From Adineta vaga (taxonomy: Eukaryota; Animalia; Rotifera), in contig CP075492.1 of NCBI GenBank assembly GCA_021613535.1, positions 15,686,001-15,750,000 on the forward strand: a DNA stretch of 64,000 bases, given 5' to 3'. Within the stretch, counting starts at the first letter, position 1. Each line of letters opens with the position of its first letter. The notes beneath the pieces were generated by a model, which ran no database searches, was not told the DNA's origin, and was given only the letters and a program-made list of their open reading frames with translations. A program made the translations under genes and the position numbers. Below, piece after piece: positions 38,416 to 51,271 of the stretch.

Positions 38416-38609
38416 TATATGTATGTGTCAGCTTGACAGATAGAGAGACGGAGAGAAAGAAGAGGAAAGAAAAATAGTGGAATAGAGATGGTTTCATTCC
38501 CTAACACTTTGATTCTTTAGCAGTAAATAGCAGGGTGTATGGAGGTTCTTCTGATCCGTACACTCACCCACATCCACATTCTGATGAGTATCGAACTGAA
38601 AATTCATAA

Positions 38610-38680
38610 GCCACTGTAGTACAATGGTAGTATCACGGTTTGTCTAACCGAAGGCCAGGGTTCAATTCCCTGCAGTGGCG
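38610..38680 (+). tRNA. tRNA-Asp(GTC)-like, with an atypical anticodon arm
   Basis: Acceptor GCCACTG/CAGTGGC, D arm GTAC/GTAT, loop TTGTCTA (anticodon 38642-38644), T arm CAGGG-TTCAATT-CCCTG, G73, downstream T-run terminator. Confidence 0.75.
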
Positions 38681-38969
38681 AAATACTTTTTTTTGATTTC
38701 ATCATAATAAAGTTATTTGCAAGAAGATGATTGCATCAGACCACATTCATAGAACGAAAATATTTCTTCTCATATTTACCTTTGTATAGGTGTATTGATA
38801 AACACGGAATATGTTATTTATTCCTAGTTTTTTCAGACATTTCTTTACAAGTGGATGTAAGTTTTCTTTTATTTTCATAAAAACACTGACACTCTCAGAT
38901 ACATCACCGAGCATGAAAACAAAATAAAATAAAAGAACAAAGAAATACGATGAGTCTTTTTTAGAAAGT

Positions 38970-39930
38970 TTACGCTTCAAAGTCTAACGCAGATGGATAG
39001 AGTTGAAGAGCATAATTAAACATAGCTTGAGCAAACCAATGCATACCATCATGTATATTTTCAGATTGTTTATTCTCGTTAGATGAGAATAGCGACATCA
39101 GTTTTGAACCGGTGTAATACCAACGCACTGGTGTCATCGCTACTTGTGCCGCTGTATGACTATAAACGTGAGCAAAGACGCTAGCTAAAACATCATTGAC
39201 AAACAGTGTACCTATAAAAAATAAAATCAAGACACAATCGATATGCAATTAGATTTACCTGTCATTGTTAATGGAGCGGCATATCCTGTTTTTATTTCAT
39301 ATGTTACCTGAATGACAGGCGATCTTATCAACATTCCATTCGCAGCTATGACATAGAGAGAATCACGATTGGTACGAACATGCTTTGCGGCGATGTATTT
39401 CATCGATCCTTCTTCGGTGGCTACAGCAATCAAATGTTCACCGGTTAAACTGATAGTATGATTAGACTTAGTTTGAAGAGTATAGAAGAGAGCTAAACAA
39501 AATCAACATGAACAAAATGTAATGATATCAAGAACAATGATAGGCTTACCTTCATTGCGTGTGCTCTTATGGAGCATCAAAATCATTTCGCTATAGAGGA
39601 AATTCGAACTATCATAAGTTAAGATCTTTTCTCCAGGTTGCAATTGACCAATATTTTGTCGTTGACCATCTGCCAGTTTCACCCAGCTGTCACTTGAAAA
39701 ACATTTTGGTGCTTTTTGGAACAAGCTAACTTGTGCTAAAGAAAGAAAAAAAATGAACTCTAATGTTCATGTATGTCGAGTTATGTTTTCGATTACGTAC
39801 GACAAAAACCAACACACACCAGAGCTTTTTCACTGCTGGAATTAGTGCTATTAGAACTCATATTCAGTGAAGTAGCACTGTTAATATGAGTTAGACATAT
39901 AATTGCCAGAAGATTGTAGTATACGAGCAT
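38970..39930 (-). CDS. Hedgehog-related Hog-domain (Hint + SRR) protein with a very short secreted N-terminus, 4 exons
   Basis: Signal MLVYYNLLAIICLTHINSA; K|CFSSDSWV, LQPGEKIL, YSEMILMLH, LTGEHLI, GYAAPLTMTGTLFVNDVLAS, GMHWFA. Exons 39930-39801, 39735-39550, 39492-39259, 39211-38970. Confidence 0.85.
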
Positions 39931-40603
39931 GCTGACAGGCATTGTATTAGTTCTCAACATTACAAAAATATTATACGCCGATTCCTATTCAAACCCGATG
40001 CTTTTATGCGCAACTATTGATTGTTTGTTACATAGTAGACTAGCAACCATGAGTTCCGTTGGAAACTACCAAGTAGGAAATGATTACTATTATTCATTAT
40101 TTAAACAAAGAAGCACACGCTCTTGGTTAAAAACTCTTCTATTGTACATACAGGTATGAAGCCAAATAAATATATGGGAAAGAAAAGAGAATGATTTTAT
40201 GACAACTCTTGAGTTTTGCCGACTTACAAGAGAAAAAGTCATTTAACAAATATTTGTTTGACTACCACTGCATATGAAAACGTGTAGTGTGGAACATCAA
40301 TTACAAATTTCATAGCTGATAAGGCGAAGACACTATGTATAGTTGTCGAATGCACTTTAAATATATTTATATTGTATAATGATATTTTTCTTTAATAACA
40401 AAGATGGATATCAATGAAAGAAAGAATGAACTGAAAAGAACATCGTCCTTTTTACGTCCCGAAGGTGCGCGCAGCGCACTTTAAAGTTTGATGTCATCAT
40501 ACGCACTTCATACCTTAAAAGAAAACAATCGAGAGAAAAGGTAACATACGCATTCACCTATATAAAGACAGGTAATCTTTCTTTTTAATATCATCTAAAT
40601 ACA

Positions 40604-42501
40604 ATGTTACCTTTATCAATAATTTTGGTTCTCATATGCATTGGTCTAGCGACTTATTACTTTTTTCTTTTACATCAACGTTATCAATACTTTGATCGAC
40701 TTGGTATTCCCACACCACCTTTTCATTTCTTTTTTGGTCATTTTAAAACTTTATGGAATAGTGAATCATTTCATCGTCAATTTCAAAGCTGGACAAAAGA
40801 ATATGGCAAGATCTACGGCATTTATCAAGGAACTGTTCCTACTTTTGTTGTCAGTGATCTTGATTTTCTTCAAGAAGTCTTCGTCAAACAATTTGGCGTT
40901 TTTTCGGGACGAAATGAGCTGTTCGGAGGTGGTAAAATACAAAATGTCTTTACTTCATCGGGGCCAAAATGGCGTCGACATCGTCATGTATTAAATCCAA
41001 CCTTTTCTGCAGCTAAATTAAAACTAATGAGTCCTCTAATTAATGGATGTATTACTAATGCCATGGAAAAAATAGGTAATCATGTCACATGCGACAATGA
41101 ATTTAACATCTACACATATTATAAACGCATGACAATGGACGTCATATGTAAGCATATTCTCACATCTTCCAAACGATTGTTATTTCTAGTATGGTTTAGG
41201 TCGATGTGCATTTGGACTCGATACTGATTTACAGAATAATCCAAACAACGTATATTTTAAGAAAGTGGAAGCGATCTTTAATTCTGGTGTTAAATCGAGT
41301 CTTATTTTCAAACTTCTTCAACTTGTGCCTCAGACGCGACCCATTTTGCTAAAAATCTTCGATGTCATCAATACCATTCGGGCGTTCATCAATATTCGCC
41401 TTTTAGGTTCGGTGTCAACGAGACAATTGCACGAACATCCAGTTGAATGGCTTCATAATCGACTACACCCAATTCTCGAGCAACGTCAGCAGACACCAAC
41501 CTCACGAGTTGATCTTTTGCAATTGATGCTTGAAGTGATTACAGACGAACAAAATAATGTAAGTCGAGTACAATTACACATGTTGATGTGATGGTTACAT
41601 TCACTTCTATTCAATGAAGTGAAAGCAATAACGAGTCCATCTGAAAAATACAATTCTCTTTTAGGATGAAGTGCAAGATGGTAGCAAAGCAAATTATCGA
41701 CTTACTCGAGAAGAAATCATCAGTAACATATTTATCTTCATGATAGCAGGATACGAAACAACATCAACTGTTTTGGCTTGTGCAACATACGAACTTGCCC
41801 GACATCAAGAAGTTCTTCAGAAGCTTCAAGATGAAATCGATCAACTCTCATTGACCACGAATGATACAGTCGATGAAGAAACGAAAAAATATCCCGATTA
41901 TGATATAGTGGCGCAGATGTCCTATATGGACATGTTCCTGTCGGAAGTCTTGAGAATGTATCCCATTGCAAATCAAGCCATTCAAAGACGTGCTTCCGAG
42001 GATACAATCATACAAGGAATTAAAATTGCCAAAGGTAATTATGTAATTTCATGTCATGAAACACTTTAATCTTTTGTAAACCATCGGAAAATCTATTAGA
42101 ATTGTATTTCTATATGAAGAACGTTGTTCATCTTTATGACAATCATATATTAAATGATAGATGTTTTTGTTTTATCTTTTTAAGGTGCCTTAGTGTATGC
42201 TGATATCTATTCCATTCATTACGATCCGGAACTGTGGGGTTCTGAAGATCCACACATCTTCTTTCCCGAACGTCATGAAAGAAGACGTCATCCACTAGCT
42301 TATCTACCATTCGGAGCAGGACCACGACATTGCATTGGCATGCGCTTTGCATTGATCGAAATGAAAATTCTACTAGTGCGATTGTTGAGCGAATACTCCA
42401 TTCTGCCTGGCGAACATCTCGAAACCAAATTCAATCTTCGTGAACGAACAGTTCTTGCACCAGAAGCAGTTTGGGTTAAATTAGCGAAAAGAAATATTTG
42501 A
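40604..42501 (+). CDS. Cytochrome P450, clan 3 (CYP3-like), 4 exons, 529 aa
   Basis: N-terminal TM + PTPP, WRRHR, AGYETTS, EVLR, PER, PFGAGPRHCIG. Exons 40604-41147, 41200-41558, 41665-42034, 42185-42501 add up in frame. Confidence 0.93.
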
Positions 42502-43112
42502 AAGACAATCATATCATACTTACAAATCAAAAACATTACTTTTGTAGATATAATTTTTCAATAAACACCCAGGAAACATAATGCACTTATCTCGAGAATA
42601 TTTTGAGGGTGGTTATGGGTGTGCATTTGTTAACCGAACTCTGAAGATTTTTGGACTAGAATCCGGCCACACTATATATTCCTCGTTCAATATGTAGTAC
42701 TCGGAACATTTGATCAAGGAGCAAGATTATGTGTTAACGAGGGAACCACACGAGATGATACCTTCCGTCTGCGCTGATATTTTGGTTATAGATATAGCTC
42801 ATAGTATAGATAAAAATCCTATACCGGTTCGTTCCCAAACTCTATTATTGTTGAGATATTGTATCTTTCGGGTATGAAAAAGTCTCATTTTCGAATTTCG
42901 TCTAAACAATTTTGTACACGGGTCGTTCTCTTGTTAGTTAATGTTTTGAATACAAAAAGAAACATTATTCATATAGAAAAAAGACGAAAATCATGTTCTT
43001 TTCTTTTGAAATATAAAATCAGTTCCGTTTTTTCTTTCATGATTTTTGTCAACAAATCTGACAATTTTTTTGTTGGTTGTGTTCTCGTTCGTCTATATAT
43101 TTCATTGTTGAC

Positions 43113-44806
43113 ATGTCAAAACAACAAACATTATTTATGAAACTTCCAAACGAAATTATTTTTTATATCTTTGAATTCTTAACACCATCTGATATTCTTC
43201 GAGCTTTTGCACATCTCAATTACCGATGTGATACTCTCATTCAATCACATATCAAAGCTCTCGATTTAACTGATGGTTGGAATGGAAATCGAGAAGATTT
43301 GCACGGATTATGTGAACAAATTGCAAGACTTAAGATTAATGATTTAAATATTGACTTGTTAAATGATTGTGAATTTCCAAAGCTACAATCACTTTATCTT
43401 CACGATATTTATAGATATGGAGAACTTATAACTAAAATGAATCTGAAAAGTCTCAATCTTTTTTCGACAATGATTGGTCTTCTGTTCGTATTCAAACAAA
43501 TATTCCACAAACAGTGATTCGTTTGTGCACAAATGTTCAAGTATATCCAGGAGCACTACACGCAAATCTCATTGATTTGAATCTAGTAATTCAATCAATG
43601 AGACACCTTATTGAATGTATTGAACAAACACCTCATGTTCGACGTCTATCAGTTACTTTCGGTCAAGCTTTTGATAGATATTACCGCGGAGAAGATAATG
43701 ATTATGATTATCTTCGAGCAATGATAAGCAAATTACGACCATTGAACAAATTGAATCATCTTTCTTTCTCTACGAAACAAACCAGTATGCACGAGAACAA
43801 TGAATATTTACCATTTGAGGAAATTCAACGTTTTATCGATCAATGTTGTTCAGATAAGAAGATTTTGAAGAGAATCATAATGGAATTCTATCGAATCAAA
43901 TTTAATAAAAACATGTGGTCAACTATTGAACTATATAGAAATACATTTGATCGTTTTGATTTTTATGGTTTAGTTGCAGCTGATAATGAAATCATTGAAA
44001 AGATACAACTGTCATTGAATGATAAACATTTTGATTATCATACCGAAGAAAATACATCCTCAATTTGTTCGGACTGTTATATACACATCTATACATTACC
44101 ATTTTGTTTTGAGAAATTACATGGTTTTGAATCTTGTTCTAAACTCAGTTCTCGTCTATCGTTTTCAAGCGTTCGTCATCTTTATTTCAATGAATCTTAT
44201 GGAAGTCATTTAATATCATTCGAATCATTAACAAAACGTATGCCTAATCTTGTTTCAATCAACTGTAATCTTCATATTCATCATGAATACAATATTTCTA
44301 CTCAAGAAATTATTGTTGACGAAGATATTTTCTGTCATGTTCGTTTTCTTAGTTTTGAAATGCGTGGCAATCATAAATCATGTACTTGTCAAAAACTTCT
44401 TCGTCATTTACTTGATCGAATGCCATATTTGGAATGTTTGAAAACATCAGAAGTTGATTTTCTTTCTGAAAATCATTCATTTCCATCTATTAAACGGTTC
44501 ATTCGACCAGGATGTGATTTACAGTTAATTGATCCATTGGCACGAGGTTTACCTCATTTGACAATTTTATCGCTTAGTGGCTTGCCTGTATATCCAAAAC
44601 AGATATCGAATGTTGTTGGTCCACTCTTTATTCGTCTTCCATTGCTCAAATCAATTTCTTTTTCTTACGGTTCGTTTTGTGGTAATGATCACACACCTTA
44701 TAGAAAATATATTGAAGAGGCATTAATACTTATTCAAAACATGAGTGATTCTCTTTGCCATGTAAAACTCAATGAGATTTATCGAGGAGCAAGATTTTAT
44801 CGCTAG
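43113..44806 (+). CDS. F-box protein (array member A) with a frameshift in a T6 run at about 43460
   Basis: MSKQQTLFMKLPNEIIFYIFEFL; the two track ORFs join into a full paralog of 53665-55344 if one base is restored. Confidence 0.75.
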
Positions 44807-44913
44807 AACTCTTATCCTACAATTTACTATGTATCTCACACGTGTAAAGATTAAATATCCCTAGTTCACACACCCAACCTGGGAGTAACTGATCTTTATT
44901 GTGAAAAAAATAG

Positions 44914-47264
44914 TTATTTTTTTACATCCGATGTAATACGATGATATCCAGTAATTTTGTAGCCACAATCGGCAGAATTGTCACTAGAAGTTGGCAATCG
45001 TTTCACTCTTAACGGAACTTCTGATCCCGTGACACGACTTTCATTGTCATGCTGATCCTTAGAGAAAAAGAGTACAAATTTATCATTGATCTTTTCTCTC
45101 TCTTCCTTACTTTCACATTTTCACTCTGACGATCCTCATCGAAGACAATATTATCATCATCATCGTGATAATCAAAGATCTATATGAGAAAAGATTAGAC
45201 AGAAATATATTTCATTGATTAGTTCAGTAGATATAGCATTGCTATTATCTTCGAACTCCAGAACTTACCTGGATATTCTTTTGTTCTCGGACAATTTTGA
45301 TAGAACCAGCAGCAGACGATGCACGTTTCGTCTTTGAACTAGATATATTCACTATAGAAGATATATTGAGATAAATAAAAACAAACTTACGTTTTTACTT
45401 GTGTTGTTGATCGAGGTACAGGATCTGGTAATGGATCAAGTCCTATCACGAGAAATAACTTTTTATCGACTCATTTCTAGTCAGTGTCAGATACAAACTA
45501 ATATTTCGAAATTTTGTTGGTAATATCGATTGATCAATAGGTTCCTCTGTTTCGGATTGTCGTGTTGGGACAGTTGAATGGCGTTCGGACAGGTGTCTGG
45601 GACTGGGCCCAGTTTCGGTAGTAGAGAATGGTTCATGATTTAATGGCAGTGGTTTTCTACGATTTATGTCCCTTTTCAATCTATCTTCAGATTCATTGGA
45701 GTTTGAGTCGCTATCATCTTCATCAATCGCTTTTTTCTATGGTCACAAAAGCAAAGAAGAGTCCTAAATACAAAGAGATACATTTTCAATTGATGCTTAC
45801 TCCACTTGGATGTGATATAGGTTTTTTATTGCTTTCTACATTTTCCAATTTAGGAGTAGATGATTGATAACGTGTCTCACGTCTCTCCATATACCACCCA
45901 TAATCACTAAATGCTTTATTCAATCGATCATTACATCGTAGAAAATCCACTATAATAACAATCGATCTGAAAACATTTTGAAATGCATTGCATCTTGTCC
46001 TACCGGCAATATCATCGATCGCAACAATCGAGAGTAAACTGACTAGTCGTGCTTGCATCTTTTTGCATGTTTTATACAGATCCTAGTATACGACAAAAGA
46101 ATGGAGAAAACTTCATAATCGAAACTAATTCTACACACTGTAAATAATTGCCAGTCCTCTGAATGTTCTTGGCCTGGTTCTAGGTTTGCAATCATTTCTT
46201 CGAATACATCCAAATTAACGTGAACAAGATCGAGTTCACTGCGAAGCTTAGCAATATGTTCATCGGGTAAATGTCGAATAACTGGTGGAGTGTTCGTATT
46301 CTCTGGAAGTACATTTTCATCGACAGAATTGTTTCGACGATAGGATGGCATCGAAGTTTTCTATAGAATTTAAACTGAAATGTGATTTGCTATTTCTTCT
46401 CTATAGCTCTTACTGGACGAGCCATAGTCTTCACTGATGATTGAGACTGTAAATAGGAAGAACATAGTAAAAGATATGCATTGAAAAATATAGATCGTAC
46501 CCTTGTTCGAGAGAGTGCTGTTGCATGTTTTGCTGGAACCTGTTAGACAATATAGTGACGAAAAAATCACAACAGACTAAATTACTTTAGTTGACAATAA
46601 TGTGTGAATCACATCTTGTCTGTCAGCAGGTGGGAATTTAAAACGTTGTTCTCTGCATTCTTGATATAATTCTCGAATAATCTCAAAACCAGGTTCATCT
46701 CCAAATGCAAACGTCCAATACTAGCAATAGTATCATAGTGACAGAAAATACATATTTGGATCGAATAAGACAAGCAAAAGTAGACTCTTACTTGTATCAT
46801 GCCGAGAACTTGTTGTTCGATATATATAGGTGGATCATTTTTCGGAGCAATGATTGCTTTTAATGCTCGAAGAAAATTTTCATTGGCTAGTTGAATATGT
46901 AGTATGTAGCCACAGTTTTTGACTAAAGCCTCCAATAACTATTCAAATGAGAATAGGATATCATCACCATCAACATTTTCTTAACATACGGTTAATGTTA
47001 ATGCGATCAATCGCCATTCTGGATTATTTAGATTTAACTGGAGATTTTCTTTGATCACTTGTATCGCTTCTTCTGCGCTGTAAGAAACAATGTCTTTCGT
47101 TCAATAAGATAGAAAAAAAATGTATACCTCTCTTCATGAATGGCTACCTGATCACAGATTTTCATGATTAAAGACCAATCTTCTGCTGTTTGAGTAGGAC
47201 TGGTTACTTGTTCAATAGCTTGTAGAAGCCATGATGTTGAGTCAGTGACTGATGTACGTTGCAT
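44914..47264 (-). CDS. TOM1/TOM1L-like VHS-GAT endosomal adaptor, many exons
   Basis: VHS: AIEQVTSPTQTAEDWSLIMKICD, LEALVKNCG, QVLGMIQ. GAT: KLRSELDLVHVNL, CKKMQARL, LRCNDRLN. The last exon ends ITSDVKK* at 44914. Confidence 0.8.
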
Positions 47265-47786
47265 CACTGTCTAATTGGTTTCTTTGTTATGATACTTTCT
47301 TATCGATATCTTTAAAGTTAGAAATTCATTGCACTAGAATGACGTTTAATGTAAAAAAAAACAAACAGAAGCATGACAATGGCTCATATGAATGAATACG
47401 TAAAGAAAGTTTTTTTTCTCTCGAAAAAATGCCGACAAAAACGCCTAGTCAATGTCAGCGACAGAAAGAAAAAGAAAAGAAAGACTCCATTGAAATGTTA
47501 CTCTGATGAAGCATTTTATATTGCACTGCGCATCTGATTAGTGCCGAACTAGATGAACAGAGGTCATTAGTGTTCATCACATACAATGGATAAAATTCCT
47601 CTCATTTATGAATCTGATTTAAAAACTTAGCAAGACTCCACTATATTCTCATGGAATTAGAAGAGTTAGAATAAATAAGAAAAAAAATGATTAAGATTAT
47701 CATTCGTAATGGTAAAAAGTGGAAAAGTAAACAATACATTATTTCTTCTCTTTTCTATTTCCTTCGTAGTAGGCAGTATACATAAC

Positions 47787-47863
47787 ATCTTGAGGGTGGG
47801 TGTGGGTGTATTGGCATCGTATTTTAACAATATTCATACTCATTCTTACCCAGAACCACATCC
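47787..47863. repeat. Telomere-like palindromic short element abutting an F-box fragment
   Basis: ATCTTGAGGGTGGGTGTGGGTG ... CCCAGAACCACATCC. Confidence 0.55.
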
Positions 47864-47866
47864 AAA

Positions 47867-47938
47867 CTCCCTTTGCCATGTAAAATTCGACTGGATTTCT
47901 AGAGGGGCAAGATTTTATCGTTAAAACTCCTATTCTAC
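47867..47938 (+). pseudogene. Isolated 3' tip of an F-box array gene
   Basis: SLCHVKFDWISRGARFYR* matches the end of 43113-44806 (SLCHVKLNEIYRGARFYR*) plus its UTR. Confidence 0.7.
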
Positions 47939-48170
47939 GAGGTACTCTACAACGGGTACATTTTGAAATGTGATGCTTAATAGTATTTAACGTATTGTTA
48001 CTCGAGATATTCTAATTTTAAGTAATACAAATTCTTACATATTGAAACTGACATTTTCAATGAAAAACGACGTGTTTTATCGGTTCGATAATGAATGTCA
48101 ACAAACATCGCATTTTTTCTTCGTCTCCTACTACTCTAGTTATAGTGAAGTCACTTATTTTGCTTCAGTG

Positions 48171-49590
48171 CTTGTCGCATCAGCAAACATTATTTGTGAT
48201 ACTTCCAAATGAGATCATCTATTCTATTTTCGAATTTCTAACATCTTGATTTAACTCATGACTGGAATGAAAATCAACAAGATATACAATGGATTTCTTC
48301 ACTGATTGAACGATTCAATATTTATTGAATAGCTGATTGCCAATTTCCTCGCCTTCATTCATTATCACTTCAAAATATCTTTGAATGGAATACATTGATA
48401 TAGCGAATATAAACTTGAAAAATCCTACTCTTTACTTCGACGATGATCGAAAAGCTTCTTTTGATTCGAATATTGTTATACCTGAAGCAGTCATTCAATT
48501 CTCTGCCAATTGTAAACTACCCATCAAAGTTTATCCTCAAAATCTGATCGGATTAAAGTTATGTATTGCATTAATGGTTGATCTTGTTCAAATTGTCAAA
48601 CGGACTCCGTTTCTTCAACGTTTATCGGTCACTTTCACAGAAGACTTTTATATTTTTGAATATGAAGAAGAATGGTGTTCTGATTATTTGCAAAAGATGA
48701 TTAGCAATTTTCAATTATCGAACAAATTAAATTATCTTTCTTTTTCTATTGACAGTAGTCATATAGATAGAATAGAAGAAAGATTCACTAATAGTACACA
48801 ATTCGTTCATAATATTTGAAAAGAAAGTTGATTGTTGGTAGAAAGTTATAATATATTTTATATTTATTTATTACCAGTTCGTTCCGATAATTTGTATCAC
48901 TTGAATTTGTGTTTAATACACAATGATCATATTTCATTCTCTAATATTTGCTATCTTCACATCGTCGATAGTGATGCCAGTTATACAATTATCATTTCGT
49001 TCAATAGCGAAACATATGCCAAGTCTGATTTCAATCCATTGTAATATTGGTTCTCTTCATAATAATAATATCTTCATTCCTGAGATTGTTCTTGATGAAG
49101 ATATATTTCATTATATTCGTTTTCTCCATTTGCCTTTAACTTGTCACTATAATGGATGTGTTTGTGGAAATCTTGTTTCTCGTTTACTTGATCGAACGCC
49201 AAAATTGGAATGTCTCAATACTACAAATGATGGCTTTCTTTTTGAACAACTTCAATTTCCATCTATTAAACAATTTATTTATCGCAAATACAAACCAATA
49301 TCAATCAATATGATAATAAAATGTTTACCAAATCTGACAACACTTTCTGTTGAACATTTTGGGATATCTGTAAACAAGATATCAACATTTATTAGTTCAT
49401 TTTTCCTTGCTCTTCCTTCGTTCAAATCAATTTCCTCTCATCATGGTACAAGATGTATTAAGGGTAAAACATCTTACGAAAAATATATGCAAGAAGCACT
49501 AGCACTTATACAAAATATGAATCATTCTCTTCGTCATATAATAGTTGATTTCAAATGTTGAGTAGCAACATTTTATCGTCGAAACTTCTA
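48171..49590 (+). pseudogene. F-box array pseudogene B
   Basis: QTLFVILPNEIIYSIFEFL without an ATG; deletions and frameshifts; homologous to 53665-55344. Confidence 0.75.
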
Positions 49591-50027
49591 GACGACCATC
49601 AACATGAGTACGATCTACGATTTGTTTATTATCTTTCAAAAATACATACAAAGAAATTTTTAGATGTTGGATAGAAAATATTTTGAGAGTTTGTATAAAT
49701 ATACATGTAACACTTGCATGTACTCATTCGCACATATTAGTATTTGTCTTGATTTAAAAATAATAAACGAGCGACAGATGATATTATTCTCTTGATGATA
49801 AAATTATAAGTCAATAACCACCCGAAATAGCTTGATAGCTTAACTTTCGGCGAAATCAAGTTTGGAGAAAACTTTTTTCCAGTGGAAGAAAACCATCAAG
49901 ATTAATTTCCACCTTTCTTACTTCCTCCGCAATCCATGTCATATAAAATCGTGAGGCACTTATAGAAATTTACACTATTAATATATTTTGGTACATCCAA
50001 CTTGTGTTAAACAATCCGAAGGTGATC

Positions 50028-50210
50028 ATGCAAAAAATAAACCAGTTGATATTGTTGGTTATGTTTGTTCTTCTCCTTGCAACATTCTGCATGACAAAAG
50101 CAGTTGGAGATCAAGTTGAAAATAGTCATTCAATTAGCAAGCGTGAGTGTGGTTGGTTTTGGCCTGCTTGTTGTCGTTATACATGCTGTATTTTCCAAGG
50201 CCAATGTTGA
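50028..50210 (+). CDS. Small secreted 6-Cys peptide precursor (signal-pro-KR-mature)
   Basis: MQKINQLILLVMFVLLLATFCMTKA-VGDQVENSHSISKR-ECGWFWPACCRYTCCIFQGQC*; TATAAAA at about 49942, AATAAA at about 50237. Confidence 0.8.
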   Translation: MQKINQLILLVMFVLLLATFCMTKAVGDQVENSHSISKRECGWFWPACCRYTCCIFQGQC

Positions 50211-50924
50211 CAATCGTCACTCTAATGAGACTATAGAATAAAATGATATTCGTATTATTCTTTATTACATTTTTTCTTCTTATTTAATCCTGATTTAAAA
50301 TATAAAATATTTCATTATTCATTTGATTTTTTACGTAAAAGAAAACAACAAGAATTAATTTAATATGTCAACGAAGCACATTAAGAGTGACAGATGCACA
50401 TGCATCATTACTTTTATGATTATACCTTCTCTGCACATAGGAACTGGAAATCTACAGGTACCTTTTTCATCTTCGCTTTTTCTGAATAAATGAATGACTG
50501 AAAGGAAGGAAAAAAATCGTAATAAAAGCCATCTGGCATTCGATAAAATGCAAACAAATCAAACTCAACGTTTGATTTCTTCGCTTAGTCATAGAACGTG
50601 ATTTTTTTATGGACTTTTACATACATTGTGGTAATCATTTCTTTTTCAAACATTCTAATTTTGTCTCGATGTACTTTTTCTTGATGAAAATAACTTGGTA
50701 AAGAGAAATACAATTAAGCAGCGTTACGTACGGTAAATGCGTTGCTTTCAATAGAATGTCAGGTATAATATAGGAAATGTACTATTTGAGTTCAATCAAC
50801 ATAATTCAAATCAATGTCCTTTTTCTCGCAAAAAATACGTATAAAAGATAGAGAATCGATCAGAAGATACCCACAATATTTCTTCTAAGCTTTCCATATT
50901 TAACTATAAATTCAAGATTTCTAA

Positions 50925-51271
50925 ATGCAAACCGGTTGCGTTTTAGTATTGGTGAGTTAATTAAACGTGAAGATAAATATACCTCTGTTTGTCTTTACAT
51001 GGTAATAACTAATCAAAATATTATTGCTCAACATTTTCAGGTCGTTTTCTTGGCAATTACTACCAACTTAATTCTTGGTCACCCATCAAATCGTGATGGT
51101 TCTCGTGGACGTGCACCAGAAAATAACGGCAATGGAACATACACCATTGGTCCTCCACCAGGTAATATTACTGGTCAACCGTTTCCATCAGGTAACGGAA
51201 CAGATCCTGGTGAATTACGACCATCTTTCAATGGTACACGGCCGTCAGGTCCACGTCAACCGCCTTTTTGA
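50925..51271 (+). CDS. Small secreted Gly/Pro/Asn-rich glycopeptide, 85 aa, 2 exons
   Basis: Exon 50925-50951, intron GTGAGT...TTTCAG (50952-51040), exon 51041-51271; signal MQTGCVLVLVVFLAITTNLILG; four N-x-T sequons; TATAAAA at about 50840. Confidence 0.7.

Noticed and set aside
34860-43465. Programmed frameshifting at the T-runs in GPCR 34741-35699 and F-box 43113-44806
   Set aside because: Single-base homopolymer indels are more simply assembly errors or recent null alleles; no stimulatory structure was seen.
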